Positions 47,806 to 57,760 of a stretch of 64,000 bases of DNA are shown piece by piece; the first letter of the stretch is position 1, and the number at the start of each line of letters is the position of its first letter. The stretch is from a bacterium (lineage in GTDB: Bacteria; UBA8248): positions 512,001-576,000 of the forward strand of contig CBDBZU010000004.1 of the NCBI GenBank assembly GCA_965213625.1, read 5' to 3'. The notes under the pieces were generated by a model. The model saw only the letters and a list, made by a program, of their open reading frames with translations, was not told the origin of the DNA and did no database searches. Made by a program: the position numbers and the translations under genes.

Positions 47806-48783
47806 ATCGACCCACCGCGCGGGTCCCACTTTTTTCGTGAGTTTCCACCTGTCGTGAATCCATAGATATTGCTCCGGCCTCTTTCGAATGAAATTTTCCG
47901 TCTCCACATTCACAGTTTTCGTGAGCCTTTCGATTTCTTTCTTTGCGCTCCCGGCGTTCATGTCGGGCGTTATCGGCTCACTCAGCATTATTTCGTAACG
48001 TCGGTCATCGCCTTTTCTCAGGCAGGAGATCAGGACGAGGGGCCGGTTGTACAAAACTGCGAGCGCGGCGGGGGCGGGCGTCGTCCTGGCGGGCTTACCG
48101 AAGAACGGCGCGTCGATTCCATCGCCGCCCGCATTCTGATCCGCGAGAATCGCCACCGAGCGGCCCTTGCGTAGCGCCTCGCGCAGATGGAAGAAAGCAT
48201 TTTTCTTCGAGAGTATCTCCTGGCCAGAGGATGCGCGCATTTCATACAGCGAGGCTTCGAGCTTTCGGTTATCCAGGGGACGTACAGGGACGGTAAGCGG
48301 AATACCCGCCAGCGCGCCGGCGTGAGCGAGGAATTCCCAGTTCCCCAGATGCGGCACGACGAACACGCAGCCGCCCGCTTCCTCGTGAATCGCGCGAACC
48401 TTATCTATCGTCACCTCTGCACTTTCCACGATATCGCGCACCGTCTTCTCTGCGCGCCGCAAATCGAAGTGGGTGAGAAACTTCGCTCCCTCCAGACAGG
48501 TGAGTATGAACGAACGGCAACTGCGCCTCGCCAAAACCAGGCGCTGCGCCTCGTCGAGTTCGGGGAACGCGATGCGCAGGTTGGCGCGCGCGATGCGCCT
48601 TCTCCTCGGAGCAAACCTGAAAATCGCCTCCCCGACAATGATGGAGAACGCACGGCAAACCCCGTAGGGCAGCATGCGAATCAGCCTCAAAACCGAGGTG
48701 ATCAGGGCGTATTCCACCCATTGGTGAAACGCGCCCTTGTCTTTGCTGCGCTTTCTCCTGGTGGACCCTGCGGGTTTGCTCAC
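47797..48783 (-). CDS. Lipid A biosynthesis acyltransferase (LpxL/HtrB-like)
   Basis: ARANLRIAFPE, PHLGNWE, LADQ, PFFG, PEQYLWIHDRWK. Confidence 0.9.
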   Translation of the reverse strand: MSKPAGSTRRKRSKDKGAFHQWVEYALITSVLRLIRMLPYGVCRAFSIIVGEAIFRFAPRRRRIARANLRIAFPELDEAQRLVLARRSCRSFILTCLEGAKFLTHFDLRRAEKTVRDIVESAEVTIDKVRAIHEEAGGCVFVVPHLGNWEFLAHAGALAGIPLTVPVRPLDNRKLEASLYEMRASSGQEILSKKNAFFHLREALRKGRSVAILADQNAGGDGIDAPFFGKPARTTPAPAALAVLYNRPLVLISCLRKGDDRRYEIMLSEPITPDMNAGSAKKEIERLTKTVNVETENFIRKRPEQYLWIHDRWKLTKKVGPARWVDSS

Positions 48784-50078
48784 GGCGCGGCGACGATGGT
48801 CGCGGAGGATTGCCCGCCGATGCCGTGGCTCAGGGACAAGAACGCGGCCCCCGCGACGGCGCATTCTTCGGTAGGGATGTGGAGGGCCTCGAACACATCT
48901 TCTTTCATCGAGAATCCCGGCGTGGGCGGAAGACGGCCGTCTTTCAAGGCGCTAAGACCCAGCACGATCTCTACCAAATCGCTGGCCGAGCCCATGTGTC
49001 CCGTATAGGGTTTCCAGCCGGCAAGTGGAGCCAGTTCCTTCACCTGATCGCTGAATTCCTGCAAGGCGGACAGTTCGCCCGCGTCTCCCTGAGGCGTCGC
49101 GCTTCCGTGGGGAAGGATAAAGGCCAGATCATCAGGCGCTAATTCCGCCTCGGCCACCGCCGTTTCCACCGAATGGCGCACCGCTTCACCGGGAACGGGG
49201 ATATAGCGTTCGGAAGAAAATTCCTGGCAATTCGCCGTTCCCATCACACGGCCCAGTGGCTTGGCGCCCCGCGCACGGGCGGACCCGGCGCTTTCCAGCA
49301 CCAGGGCGGCGGCGCCTTCTCCGGGGAAGAATCCATCGCGCCTCCTGTCGAAGGGCCGGAACGAGGATGCGCCCTCTTTCGCCTGGGATAGAATGCCCAG
49401 GCCGTCTAGTTCCAGGAGCACCATGGGGTTCGCCCAGCTCCCGCAGCCCACGACCAGGCCGACGTCGGCTTCGCCGAAGCGAAGCACGCGATCGCAGTTC
49501 TCGAGCGCCTGCGCACCGCACGAAGAAAGGCTGGAAAAACTGCCGTTCGGCCCCATGAATTCGTACATGGCCGATAGATAGCTGAAGAGATTGTTGGGCA
49601 GGCCTTCGAGCAGAAAAAAAGGGCTCACCCTGTGGAGCGCCGCCTCGTTGAGGGAGGCGGGCTCGGGCGACTCCCACGCATCGCCTGCCGTCTGCTTGAG
49701 CGCCGCGTAGAAATCAACATAACCCACCCTCGTGAAATCGCCCGAACCCACATAGAGGGATTTTCTCTCAGGCGACACCTCGCCCATATCGAGGCCGGCG
49801 CAGGCCACCGCCTCGGCGGCGGCGTGAAGTCCCAGGATGGAACTTCTGTTCAGGAATTTTCGCTGGCTCGCGAGTTTGGGCGGCACCTCGGGCGGGTCTT
49901 CATAGCCGGGAACAACGCCGTGGTAGGCGAAATTATCCGGAAGAGACGCATTCTCCTCGCTCGGGTGGTGGTCGACCCCGCATTTTCCGGCGCGAAGCGA
50001 CTCCCAGTTCTCCCCGGCGCTCCCGCCTATGGAGGTCAGCAGTCCCACACCCGTTATCCATACATCCACGCCCCGCAT
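48780..50078 (-). CDS. Ketosynthase-like protein with Cys->Ser at the catalytic position
   Basis: ITGVG, RPFDRRRDGF..GEGA, PHGSAT, KPYTGH; SLSSCG where active KS has xACAAG. Confidence 0.8.
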   Translation of the reverse strand: MRGVDVWITGVGLLTSIGGSAGENWESLRAGKCGVDHHPSEENASLPDNFAYHGVVPGYEDPPEVPPKLASQRKFLNRSSILGLHAAAEAVACAGLDMGEVSPERKSLYVGSGDFTRVGYVDFYAALKQTAGDAWESPEPASLNEAALHRVSPFFLLEGLPNNLFSYLSAMYEFMGPNGSFSSLSSCGAQALENCDRVLRFGEADVGLVVGCGSWANPMVLLELDGLGILSQAKEGASSFRPFDRRRDGFFPGEGAAALVLESAGSARARGAKPLGRVMGTANCQEFSSERYIPVPGEAVRHSVETAVAEAELAPDDLAFILPHGSATPQGDAGELSALQEFSDQVKELAPLAGWKPYTGHMGSASDLVEIVLGLSALKDGRLPPTPGFSMKEDVFEALHIPTEECAVAGAAFLSLSHGIGGQSSATIVAAP

Positions 50079-50090
50079 CGCTCATCCCGC

Positions 50091-50543
50091 CTAGCTCAAT
50101 CGAATCTCGCGTCTTAAAACGCGAAAATGATGACGCTGCTCCTCGGGATCCTCATAATCCGCGAGCGGCGCCACCTTCCCACCAAAATCGGCGACCACCC
50201 GTCGCTCCCCCTCCACGGTGGCCACTCCCCTGAAAATTCCAAGTCCTTCTTCCTCTCCGCGCGACTCCACGCTTAAGAGAACCTGATCCCCCGGAAAGGC
50301 GAAGCCATAGTACCTGACACTTCGAACCTTTTCCAAAAGAATCCACCGGTTGAAATCAGAACCCGCCGCTTCCAGCCAACCGGCGAGCTGCACCAGCGCC
50401 TCGAATATCAGCGCGCCCGGCATAACGGGGAACCGGGGGAAGTGATACTCCAGAAAATCCTCGCTCATCGTAATGTTCTTCACCCCCTGGATGGAGACCC
50501 CCGCCTCCCACGCCGTCACCCTGTCCACAAGCATGTATCTCAA
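50091..50543 (-). CDS. FabZ/FabA-like 3-hydroxyacyl-ACP dehydratase
   Basis: LVDRV, KNIT, HFPRFPVMPGALIFEALVQ. Confidence 0.9.
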   Translation of the reverse strand: MRYMLVDRVTAWEAGVSIQGVKNITMSEDFLEYHFPRFPVMPGALIFEALVQLAGWLEAAGSDFNRWILLEKVRSVRYYGFAFPGDQVLLSVESRGEEEGLGIFRGVATVEGERRVVADFGGKVAPLADYEDPEEQRHHFRVLRREIRLS

Positions 50544-50554
50544 ATCACCACTCC

Positions 50555-50971
50555 CTAATTTGCCTCTTCCGGCGCGTCGTCTCCCAGGAGAATCACCTGG
50601 GCCACCGCCAACTCCAGCGTATGGCTCATCGAAATGGTGAACTGGGTGATCTTCTTTCGCACACTCATGCGCTCCATCGAACCGTTCAGTTTAAGCGTGG
50701 GCTTGCCCGAAGCCGCCGATTCCACCTCGATCTCGCGCAGACGGCGCCTGCCGCCCAACCCGCCTGGTTCGGAAATACCGAGGCCGAAGGCCTTGAGACA
50801 GGCTTCTTTCGCCGCGAAGCGGGCCGCGAAATGAGGATAGGGGTTGCGGCGCTTCAGGCAATACGCCCGCTCGGCATCGGTGAACACGTCCTCGCCGAAC
50901 GCCTCGTGGCGCTCGTAGACCTCCTTCAGGCGCGCCACCTCCACCAAATCCACCCCCTGGTACAACTGCAT
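50555..50971 (-). CDS. acpS: Holo-ACP synthase (phosphopantetheinyl transferase)
   Basis: GVDLVEV, ARFAAKEACLKA, GKP, ISMSH. Confidence 0.93.
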   Translation of the reverse strand: MQLYQGVDLVEVARLKEVYERHEAFGEDVFTDAERAYCLKRRNPYPHFAARFAAKEACLKAFGLGISEPGGLGGRRRLREIEVESAASGKPTLKLNGSMERMSVRKKITQFTISMSHTLELAVAQVILLGDDAPEEAN

Positions 50972-50988
50972 CCCGAATATCCCCCGCT

Positions 50989-51741
50989 CTAGCCGGTGAG
51001 CAGGCCGCCGTCCACGGCTATCGCCTGTCCGTTGATGTAATCCGATTCCGCAGACGCCAGGAACACTACGAGCTTGGCCACGTCCTCGGGCTCGCCGAAG
51101 CGGCCCGCCGGTATGCGCCCCATAATCACGTCGCCGCCCTTCTCGCGCACGCGCTCGCTCATATCGGTAACGATCATGCCCGGCAAAATGGTGTTGAACT
51201 GGATGCCGCGTTTACCCATCTCGGCGGCGCAGGCGCGCATGAAGGCGATGATGCCCGCCTTGGCGGAGGCGTAGTTCGTCTGACCGGCCCCGCCAGAGAC
51301 CCCCATGACGGAGGAAATGCTGATCACCTTGCCGGAGCGCTTTCTGAGCATGATCTCGCCTGCCGCCTTCGTGCAGTGGTAGGCGCCGTCCAGGCTCACG
51401 CCGAGCACCTTGCGCCAGCCCGCGGGCTTCATCGTGAGCAGCAAGCCGTCCTGAATCACGCCCGCGTTGTTCACCAGGATGTCGAGCGTGCCGAAATCCT
51501 CCTTCACTTTCTCGAACATCGTCGTTACGTCCTCGAAAGAGGAAACGTCGGCCTGGTAGGTGCGCGCCTGGCCCCCAGCCACCTCGATTTCCTGCTTCAC
51601 TTCCTCGGCGGCCTCCGCCGAGCGGCTGAAGTTGATCGCCACCGAAGCGCCCGCCTCGGCCAGAGCCGTGCAGCAGGCGCGTCCGATGCCCCGACCGCCC
51701 CCGGTCACCAGCGCAATTTTTCCGCTCAAATCGATATTCAT
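50989..51741 (-). CDS. fabG: 3-oxoacyl-ACP reductase
   Basis: TGGGRGIG, VNNAG, NYASAK. Confidence 0.88.
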   Translation of the reverse strand: MNIDLSGKIALVTGGGRGIGRACCTALAEAGASVAINFSRSAEAAEEVKQEIEVAGGQARTYQADVSSFEDVTTMFEKVKEDFGTLDILVNNAGVIQDGLLLTMKPAGWRKVLGVSLDGAYHCTKAAGEIMLRKRSGKVISISSVMGVSGGAGQTNYASAKAGIIAFMRACAAEMGKRGIQFNTILPGMIVTDMSERVREKGGDVIMGRIPAGRFGEPEDVAKLVVFLASAESDYINGQAIAVDGGLLTG

Positions 51742-51766
51742 TCTGAATCACCTTTCTTCTGGGTTG

Positions 51767-53032
51767 CTAAGCCGCCTTGCTCACGAGGAGTGTGGCGTTT
51801 TGTCCGCCGAAACCAAAGGAATTCGTGATGGCGGCGGGCACGGGCATCTTCCTCGCCCCCTCGGCCACGTAATCGAGATCGCACTTCGGGTCCGGGTTCT
51901 CCAGGTTCGCCGTAGGATGCACGATGTCGCGCGCCACGCTCAAGGCCGTGAAGATAAACTCGGGCGCGCCGCAGGCGGCGATAAGATGCCCGATCATGGA
52001 TTTGGACGAACTCACCGCCAGCGCATCCGCTTGCGAACCAAACACCTCGCGAATGGCCCTGGACTCGACCGGATCGTTAAGTTTTGTGCCCGTGCCGTGC
52101 GCATTGACGTAGGCGACGTCGCCGGGTGCGAGACCCGCATCCTCCAACGCCTCGCTCATCGAGCGAACGGCGCCCCGGCCCTCCGGGTGCGGGGCCGTCA
52201 CCTGGTGGGCGTCCATGCTCGTGCCATAGCCCGATAGCGCTGCGTAGGGCGCTGCGCCCCGCTCACGCGCGTGGGCTTCTGATTCGAGAACCACCACGCC
52301 CGCCCCTTCGCCCACGGCGAGGCCGGAGCGTTTTCTGTCGAACGGACGGCAGATGGGTGCTTTCGATTTGGACGCCGCGCCGAGTAAGAGGAATATGGCC
52401 ATCCCGACGGGGTGGATCATTGAATCGGCCCCGCCGCAAAGAACCACGTCCGCCTCGCCCCTGCGGATCATGCGCATTCCGAGGCCTATCGCCTGTCCTG
52501 CCGCCGCGCAGGCGGAGGTGATGGTGCCGGTGGGACCTGCGAGTTCGAACCACTCCGCCATCTTCGACGTCGCCCGCTCGGGCGGGTTGTTGAAGTAACC
52601 CGATTCTTGCGTCATCTCGAGTTCTCTGGCGAAACGCACGGCGTCGAAAACGTTTTCAGGGTCCGCCCAGGCCGCGAAATCCTCCAGCCGGTAGCTGCTC
52701 AGCCCGGTCCCCATCACCACGCCGGCGCGTTCGGGCGCATAATTTCCGAGGCGCATCCCGGCGTCCGTCATCGCGTTCTGCGCTGCGTCGAGTGCGAACA
52801 ACACCCGGCGCTCCCCTTCGCCCGCATATTCCTCGGGCAACCTCTCTCTGATGGCCGAGAGCGTCTCTTCTGAAACCTCTCCCGCTCCGGCGATGGGCAA
52901 CGCCTTCGCGTCGAAAGACGCAATCGGTGCGAGTCCCGATTCACCGGCAAGCGCACGTTGCCAGCATGTCTCCACGTCGGCGCCCAAGGAACTCACCATG
53001 CCGAGTCCGGTGATGAAAACCCGTGCGCTCAT
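51767..53032 (-). CDS. Beta-ketoacyl-ACP synthase II-like (catalytic C-H-H)
   Basis: TSACAAA, NAHGTGT, KSMIGH, NSFGFGG. Confidence 0.92.
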   Translation of the reverse strand: MSARVFITGLGMVSSLGADVETCWQRALAGESGLAPIASFDAKALPIAGAGEVSEETLSAIRERLPEEYAGEGERRVLFALDAAQNAMTDAGMRLGNYAPERAGVVMGTGLSSYRLEDFAAWADPENVFDAVRFARELEMTQESGYFNNPPERATSKMAEWFELAGPTGTITSACAAAGQAIGLGMRMIRRGEADVVLCGGADSMIHPVGMAIFLLLGAASKSKAPICRPFDRKRSGLAVGEGAGVVVLESEAHARERGAAPYAALSGYGTSMDAHQVTAPHPEGRGAVRSMSEALEDAGLAPGDVAYVNAHGTGTKLNDPVESRAIREVFGSQADALAVSSSKSMIGHLIAACGAPEFIFTALSVARDIVHPTANLENPDPKCDLDYVAEGARKMPVPAAITNSFGFGGQNATLLVSKAA

Positions 53033-53499
53033 ACCGTCTCCTCGAACTCCAACCAGCCGTAGCTTCTGAAGCGCTCCTTCAAACCTTCAGGATTATCCAT
53101 ACCCTCAGAATCGTCGTTGGATAAATGGGGATAGATGAACCGCTCGGCCCTCGCCACGGAAACGCCGTCTTTTTCAATTCGCGCGCGGCACAGGCTCGCC
53201 CGCTCGTTCGTATCGATTATCTCGCCATGAATCTCCACGGATGCGCCCGGGCACAGGTCGCTCGCGACCTCCACGTCGTCGATGAGCGAGATGACGCACG
53301 GGATCTTGAATTCATGGGTATAGACCACGAGCCACCCCGTAATCTGCGCCATTGCCTCGATGAGTATCGAGCCGGGCACGCGGGGGGCGCGGCTGAAATG
53401 GCCGTTCAGGTAGGCTTCCGAGAGGGGAAACGTCTTGACGCCCACGATGCGCTTGCCTCGCACCACCTCCTTGATCCGATCGAAATAGAGAAACCGCAA
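53029..53499 (-). CDS. FabZ/FabA-like dehydratase (second copy)
   Basis: MRFLYFDRI, HFSRAPRVPGSILIEAMAQ. Confidence 0.87.
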   Translation of the reverse strand: MRFLYFDRIKEVVRGKRIVGVKTFPLSEAYLNGHFSRAPRVPGSILIEAMAQITGWLVVYTHEFKIPCVISLIDDVEVASDLCPGASVEIHGEIIDTNERASLCRARIEKDGVSVARAERFIYPHLSNDDSEGMDNPEGLKERFRSYGWLEFEETV

Positions 53500-53514
53500 T
53501 ATCCCGTTCTCCCG

Positions 53515-54705
53515 TCAAGCGTTCTTACCCACCAAGAAAGCCGCGCATACGCCGTCGAAGCCCTGCAGAAGCACGAGCGCGTTTTTGAGTTTATCCCGCC
53601 CGGGGCCACCTGCTGCATTCCGAAACAATCCGCCCTCCGCTACGGGAGGTGGGGGTGGCGCGCCTTCGGCCAACGCTTTTAACGCTATAATCAAGTCCAG
53701 CGCAGGGCTTCCTCCCCAAAGGTGGCCGAATACGCTCTTTGTCGCAAGCCCCCAAGGCTTGTGGTCACCCAAAAGAGCACGAATCGCTTCCGTCTCGGCA
53801 TCATCCGCCAGAGGCACCCCCTCCCCATGAATCACGATGATGTCCACTTCTTCAGGCTCGAGGCCAGCACATGCGAGCGCACCCTGGGCCGATTTTTGAA
53901 CCGCCCGGACGAGGCCGCCTTGTTTGTTGAGCGCGCGCGCAGAAGAATATCCCTTGAGCCAACCGAGTACATTGGACTGGTCGGCATCCCCAGATTGATT
54001 GAGGCGAATCACGCCCGCGCCCTCGCCCAGCCCTCCAGCTTGGGGCCAGACGCCGCGCCGCTGCGCGCGGGCCAACATGCGGGCGGAAATCACCCCACTC
54101 ACGCCGGCGCAAAGAGCGAGCTTCGCCTTGCCTGATCCGGCGGAATCCACCGCTTCGCAGACGGCGCGCGCCGTCGCCTCCGCCCCTGCGCTGAAAACGG
54201 CGTTCTCGCCCCGCCAACGATGCTGAATCGCCGTCTGGCTGAAGCCAATCGCGTTCAAAAGGGCTAATGGCCACAAGGGGGGGATGCTGTCCGTCCCCTC
54301 GCGGAAAAAATGCTCCAGATCCACGCGACCTTCCGATTCCTTCACCGCGCCGAGCAAATCATCCCTTCCCGGATCGACGGAGTCCATGCCTGCGAAAAAG
54401 GCGATTTCTTCCTCTTCCATATCCGAATCGGCATGGGTGTCGGCCAGCAAATCGTGTACCGCGGCCAGGAGCATATGGGTATGATGGCCCATGATTCTCG
54501 CCGCACGGCGATCCGCCCCGACCGATTCAGGGTCGATTCGCGCGCAGCGCGCTGTTTCTACAGGAGGAAAGCCCGCGAGTTCGGGATCAGCATCCGGAGC
54601 GAGAAGGGAGCGGCCCGCGCAAAGCGCCTCCCAGGCGGGTTCGACACCCCATCCCGCCGCCGTTACCAGGCCGACGCCGGTGATCGGAACGGGAGTGAAC
54701 TTCAC
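53515..54705 (-). CDS. Ketosynthase-like, non-catalytic (chain-length-factor-like)
   Basis: ITGVG, GEGAG, IHGEG, KSVFGH; no active-site Cys (SAGAEA); GTG start overlapping the upstream KS stop. Confidence 0.8.
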   Translation of the reverse strand: MKFTPVPITGVGLVTAAGWGVEPAWEALCAGRSLLAPDADPELAGFPPVETARCARIDPESVGADRRAARIMGHHTHMLLAAVHDLLADTHADSDMEEEEIAFFAGMDSVDPGRDDLLGAVKESEGRVDLEHFFREGTDSIPPLWPLALLNAIGFSQTAIQHRWRGENAVFSAGAEATARAVCEAVDSAGSGKAKLALCAGVSGVISARMLARAQRRGVWPQAGGLGEGAGVIRLNQSGDADQSNVLGWLKGYSSARALNKQGGLVRAVQKSAQGALACAGLEPEEVDIIVIHGEGVPLADDAETEAIRALLGDHKPWGLATKSVFGHLWGGSPALDLIIALKALAEGAPPPPPVAEGGLFRNAAGGPGRDKLKNALVLLQGFDGVCAAFLVGKNA

Positions 54706-56012
54706 GCGATTTCGGGGCCGCCCAGACAGAGGCACGCATTCTGCCCTCCGAAACCGAAACTGTTGGAGAGAGCCACGCGGTGAGTCTGCACCCTCGTCTC
54801 GTTGGGCACGTAGTCGAGGTCGCACTTGGGGTCGCGATTCTGGTAGTTGATTGTCGGCAGTATTTCCGAGCGGCGCATTCCCTCCACGGCCAGAATCGCC
54901 TCGACGGCCCCGGCCGCGCCGATGGTGTGGCCGATCATGGATTTGTTGGAGCTGATCGGTATCTTCTCCGCGTGAGCGCCGAAGACTTCCTTAATGGCCC
55001 TGGTTTCGGTGGAATCGTTCTTGGGCGTCGATGTGCCGTGCGCGTTGATGTATTCGACCGCATCGGACGTGAGGCGTGCGTCCTCGATCGCCTTTTTCAT
55101 GGCGAACACCGCGCCCAGGCCCCTCGGGTGCATGTCGGTGATGCGAAACGCATCCGAGGAATCGCCGTAGCCGAGCACTTCGCCCAGAATTTCGGCGCCA
55201 CGGGCGCGCGCGTGCTCGTAGCTCTCGAGAATCATCGCGCCCGCGCCTTCGGACATCACGAAGCCGTTTCGCCTCCTGTCGAAGGGACGGGACGCGCTCT
55301 GCGGGGTATCGTATCTCTCCACCAGTGCGGTGAGCAGGACGAAGCCGAGAAACCCCACATACGTGATGGGCGCCTCGCAGCCTCCCGCCACCATGACGTC
55401 GGCCTTCGCGTCGCGGATGAGGCGCACAGACTCGCCGATCGCCTGCGCTCCCGCCGCGCAGGCCGAGCAGATGGAGACCATGGGACCCCGGCAGTCGAAA
55501 TCGAGAGCGACGACCGAGGTCGCCACGTCGGACTTTCTTCTGAAGAACGTCATCAGATCATAGGCGCCGCGGCTTTTGAGTCCCTCGATGTCCCACCCGC
55601 CCTGCAAGGGATCGCCGCTTTCGGGCTTCCAATAGGGAAAGATACGGAGCAATTCTTCGACTTGGGGGTGATCGCCGTGGGAGCCGAGCGCGACGCCGAT
55701 TCGCTTACGCTCTGAAACTTCACCCAAACGCGCCGTCTTCGCCGCCTGGGATACTGCGACGCGCATCATCCGCACGCCCCGGGTGGAGAATTTATCGAGT
55801 CTGCGGCCCGAGCCGTTCTCCTGCGAGGCAACCCATTCATCGTCCACCTCGCCGGCGATGCGGCAGGGCAGTTTTTCGGGGTCGAAGCGCCGTACCACGT
55901 CGATGCCCGAGCGCCCCTCGCGCATGGCGTCGAACGTGGAAGCGACGTCCCCGCCCAGAGGCGTCATCGCTCCGTATCCGGTGATTACGACCCGTCTGCC
56001 GCTACCGGCCAT
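54702..56012 (-). CDS. Beta-ketoacyl-ACP synthase II-like (catalytic C-H-H)
   Basis: CSACAAG, NAHGTST, KSMIGH, NSFGFGG. Confidence 0.93.
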   Translation of the reverse strand: MAGSGRRVVITGYGAMTPLGGDVASTFDAMREGRSGIDVVRRFDPEKLPCRIAGEVDDEWVASQENGSGRRLDKFSTRGVRMMRVAVSQAAKTARLGEVSERKRIGVALGSHGDHPQVEELLRIFPYWKPESGDPLQGGWDIEGLKSRGAYDLMTFFRRKSDVATSVVALDFDCRGPMVSICSACAAGAQAIGESVRLIRDAKADVMVAGGCEAPITYVGFLGFVLLTALVERYDTPQSASRPFDRRRNGFVMSEGAGAMILESYEHARARGAEILGEVLGYGDSSDAFRITDMHPRGLGAVFAMKKAIEDARLTSDAVEYINAHGTSTPKNDSTETRAIKEVFGAHAEKIPISSNKSMIGHTIGAAGAVEAILAVEGMRRSEILPTINYQNRDPKCDLDYVPNETRVQTHRVALSNSFGFGGQNACLCLGGPEIA

Positions 56013-56056
56013 TCACATGTTCTCCCGCTAAAATGGCTTGGATGAGGCAGGCGGCC

Positions 56057-56620
56057 TCAGGAGGAGAAGAGGCCCCTTTCCTCTTGCACCCGGTTCAGCC
56101 AGTTCTGGACCACTTCATCACCGCTGGGCAAAGAGGCGGGCTCGTTCGACTGAGCGCATACGATGCGCGTTCCATCCTCGGCCTTCCAATCCGCCCCCGC
56201 CGGACTCTTCTCGGGCAGGCAGTTCAGCACGTCGCGCACCGCGCCCGCCAGCGTCTTCGGCGTAACGAGAGCCGGAAGCTCATCCACGGGGATGCCCGTC
56301 TCCAGGTCCGACGCCGCTTCGTTCAGGCGCAGCTTCAAGACTTCGACTCCTGTGTCCGTCACCTCGCTCTCCTCGTTGATGGCCACGCCCTCGCCGAACA
56401 TCTCCTCCACGTGCTCCAGGACGAAATTGCGCGCCATCTTGATGCCAAACACCTGCTCGAGGCGAAAGTTCACGTCCAGAAAATCGAGCGACAAAACGCC
56501 CAGGTCGTCCACGAGGGAACTGTCCGGCTCGATGGTCTCCTCGTCGATTCCCGTCGTGTGGGCAATCGCCTTTTTCACTTCCTCTAAAATCGTATCGTCT
56601 GATACCAGGTTTTGCGACAT
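56057..56620 (-). CDS. Extended acyl carrier protein (187 aa)
   Basis: DDLGVLSLDFLDVNFRLEQVFGIK Ppant-Ser motif, an internal insertion and a ~50-aa C-terminal tail. Confidence 0.85.
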   Translation of the reverse strand: MSQNLVSDDTILEEVKKAIAHTTGIDEETIEPDSSLVDDLGVLSLDFLDVNFRLEQVFGIKMARNFVLEHVEEMFGEGVAINEESEVTDTGVEVLKLRLNEAASDLETGIPVDELPALVTPKTLAGAVRDVLNCLPEKSPAGADWKAEDGTRIVCAQSNEPASLPSGDEVVQNWLNRVQEERGLFSS

Positions 56621-56757
56621 AGCAACCCTCTGTAACGAGCGAGCGCGCTACTCAACCTCGCGTGTGAGCGCGCACTGAAACTCCACAACCCATGCAAGCG
56701 TATACAACCAAGGAGGGAAGCGAAAATCAACCTTCCCCCGAGCAATCATACCTCAAA

Positions 56758-57543
56758 TCATCTTCCCGGCGGGCGGTTGATCTGGTTGCTGAGTCCCTTG
56801 TCTACCACCAGGGTCTGCCCCCGTATGGAAGCCGCGCCCGCACCGGCGAGAAAATAGACGGATTCGGCCACTTCATCCGGCGTCACGAAATAACGCTCCG
56901 GTAGTTCTACCAGTTCGGGTTGAATCATGCGCAGCGTCTTGAACGAATCTGTCTTCACCAGTCCCGCGCAGACCGCGTTGACCGACACGCCTCTCTCCTC
57001 GAAACTTTCCGCCCAATGCCTGACCGCCGCCTCCATCGCCGCCTTCATGGGCCCAAGCGGATATTCGGGATGATAGAAACGACTGCCCAGGCTCGAGATG
57101 AACACGACGGCTCCGCCACGGCGCGAGAGCATCGGAAGCGCCCCCTGCAGGCAGAAGACGTTGCCCAGAAAATTCGTCTCCACCAGGAGTTTGAGGTCGC
57201 GCTCCAATAGTTTATCCCACGGCTTGAAGGGCGCGCGCGCCGCGTTCAGGACAAGCACGTCCAGCCGGCCGAACTCCGCTTCCACCTGCGCGAACATTCC
57301 CTTGACGGCGTCTTTTTTCGAAATGTCCGCAGGGATGGCGACCGCCCGCCCCCCGGCGGCTTCTGCCTCGCGACAAAGCTCGTCCGCCATCCGGGCGGAG
57401 CGGCCTTTGCCGTCCCTGTGATTCAGGGCCAGATGCGCACCGGCGCTTGCGAAGCGCCTCGCAATGGCCGCGCCGATGCCGCGCGATCCGCCCGTCACCA
57501 GGACCACCTTATCCTTCATGCCCTTTGACTCGGGGGCGTTCAT
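56758..57543 (-). CDS. SDR oxidoreductase, FabL-like enoyl-ACP reductase
   Basis: TGGSRGIG, VLNAA, ISSLGS, widened Y..K spacing (YPLGPMKAAMEA). Confidence 0.75.
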   Translation of the reverse strand: MNAPESKGMKDKVVLVTGGSRGIGAAIARRFASAGAHLALNHRDGKGRSARMADELCREAEAAGGRAVAIPADISKKDAVKGMFAQVEAEFGRLDVLVLNAARAPFKPWDKLLERDLKLLVETNFLGNVFCLQGALPMLSRRGGAVVFISSLGSRFYHPEYPLGPMKAAMEAAVRHWAESFEERGVSVNAVCAGLVKTDSFKTLRMIQPELVELPERYFVTPDEVAESVYFLAGAGAASIRGQTLVVDKGLSNQINRPPGR

Positions 57544-57760
57544 GGTTCATCCCTCACGTATAACCCGCCAACGGCCCGCCCTCTGCGCCTACACTCCGAA
57601 TATTTTGGAAATCGACTTCCCCTCCAGGAATGCGCCGCAGCCTCATGGGCTGAAAATTTATATCCCACGAAAGCCCCTCCATCAAACGCCGCAAGGGATT
57701 GCCCGAAATAAACGATTGAATCCCCACCCGAGACCTCATACAATGGTCATCTTTCTTTCA

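Noticed and set aside
47797-57543. Ladderane or aryl-polyene identity for the KS cluster
   Set aside because: The cluster has no radical SAM or methyltransferase genes, no aryl-CoA ligase and no glycosyltransferase, so the product cannot be assigned.
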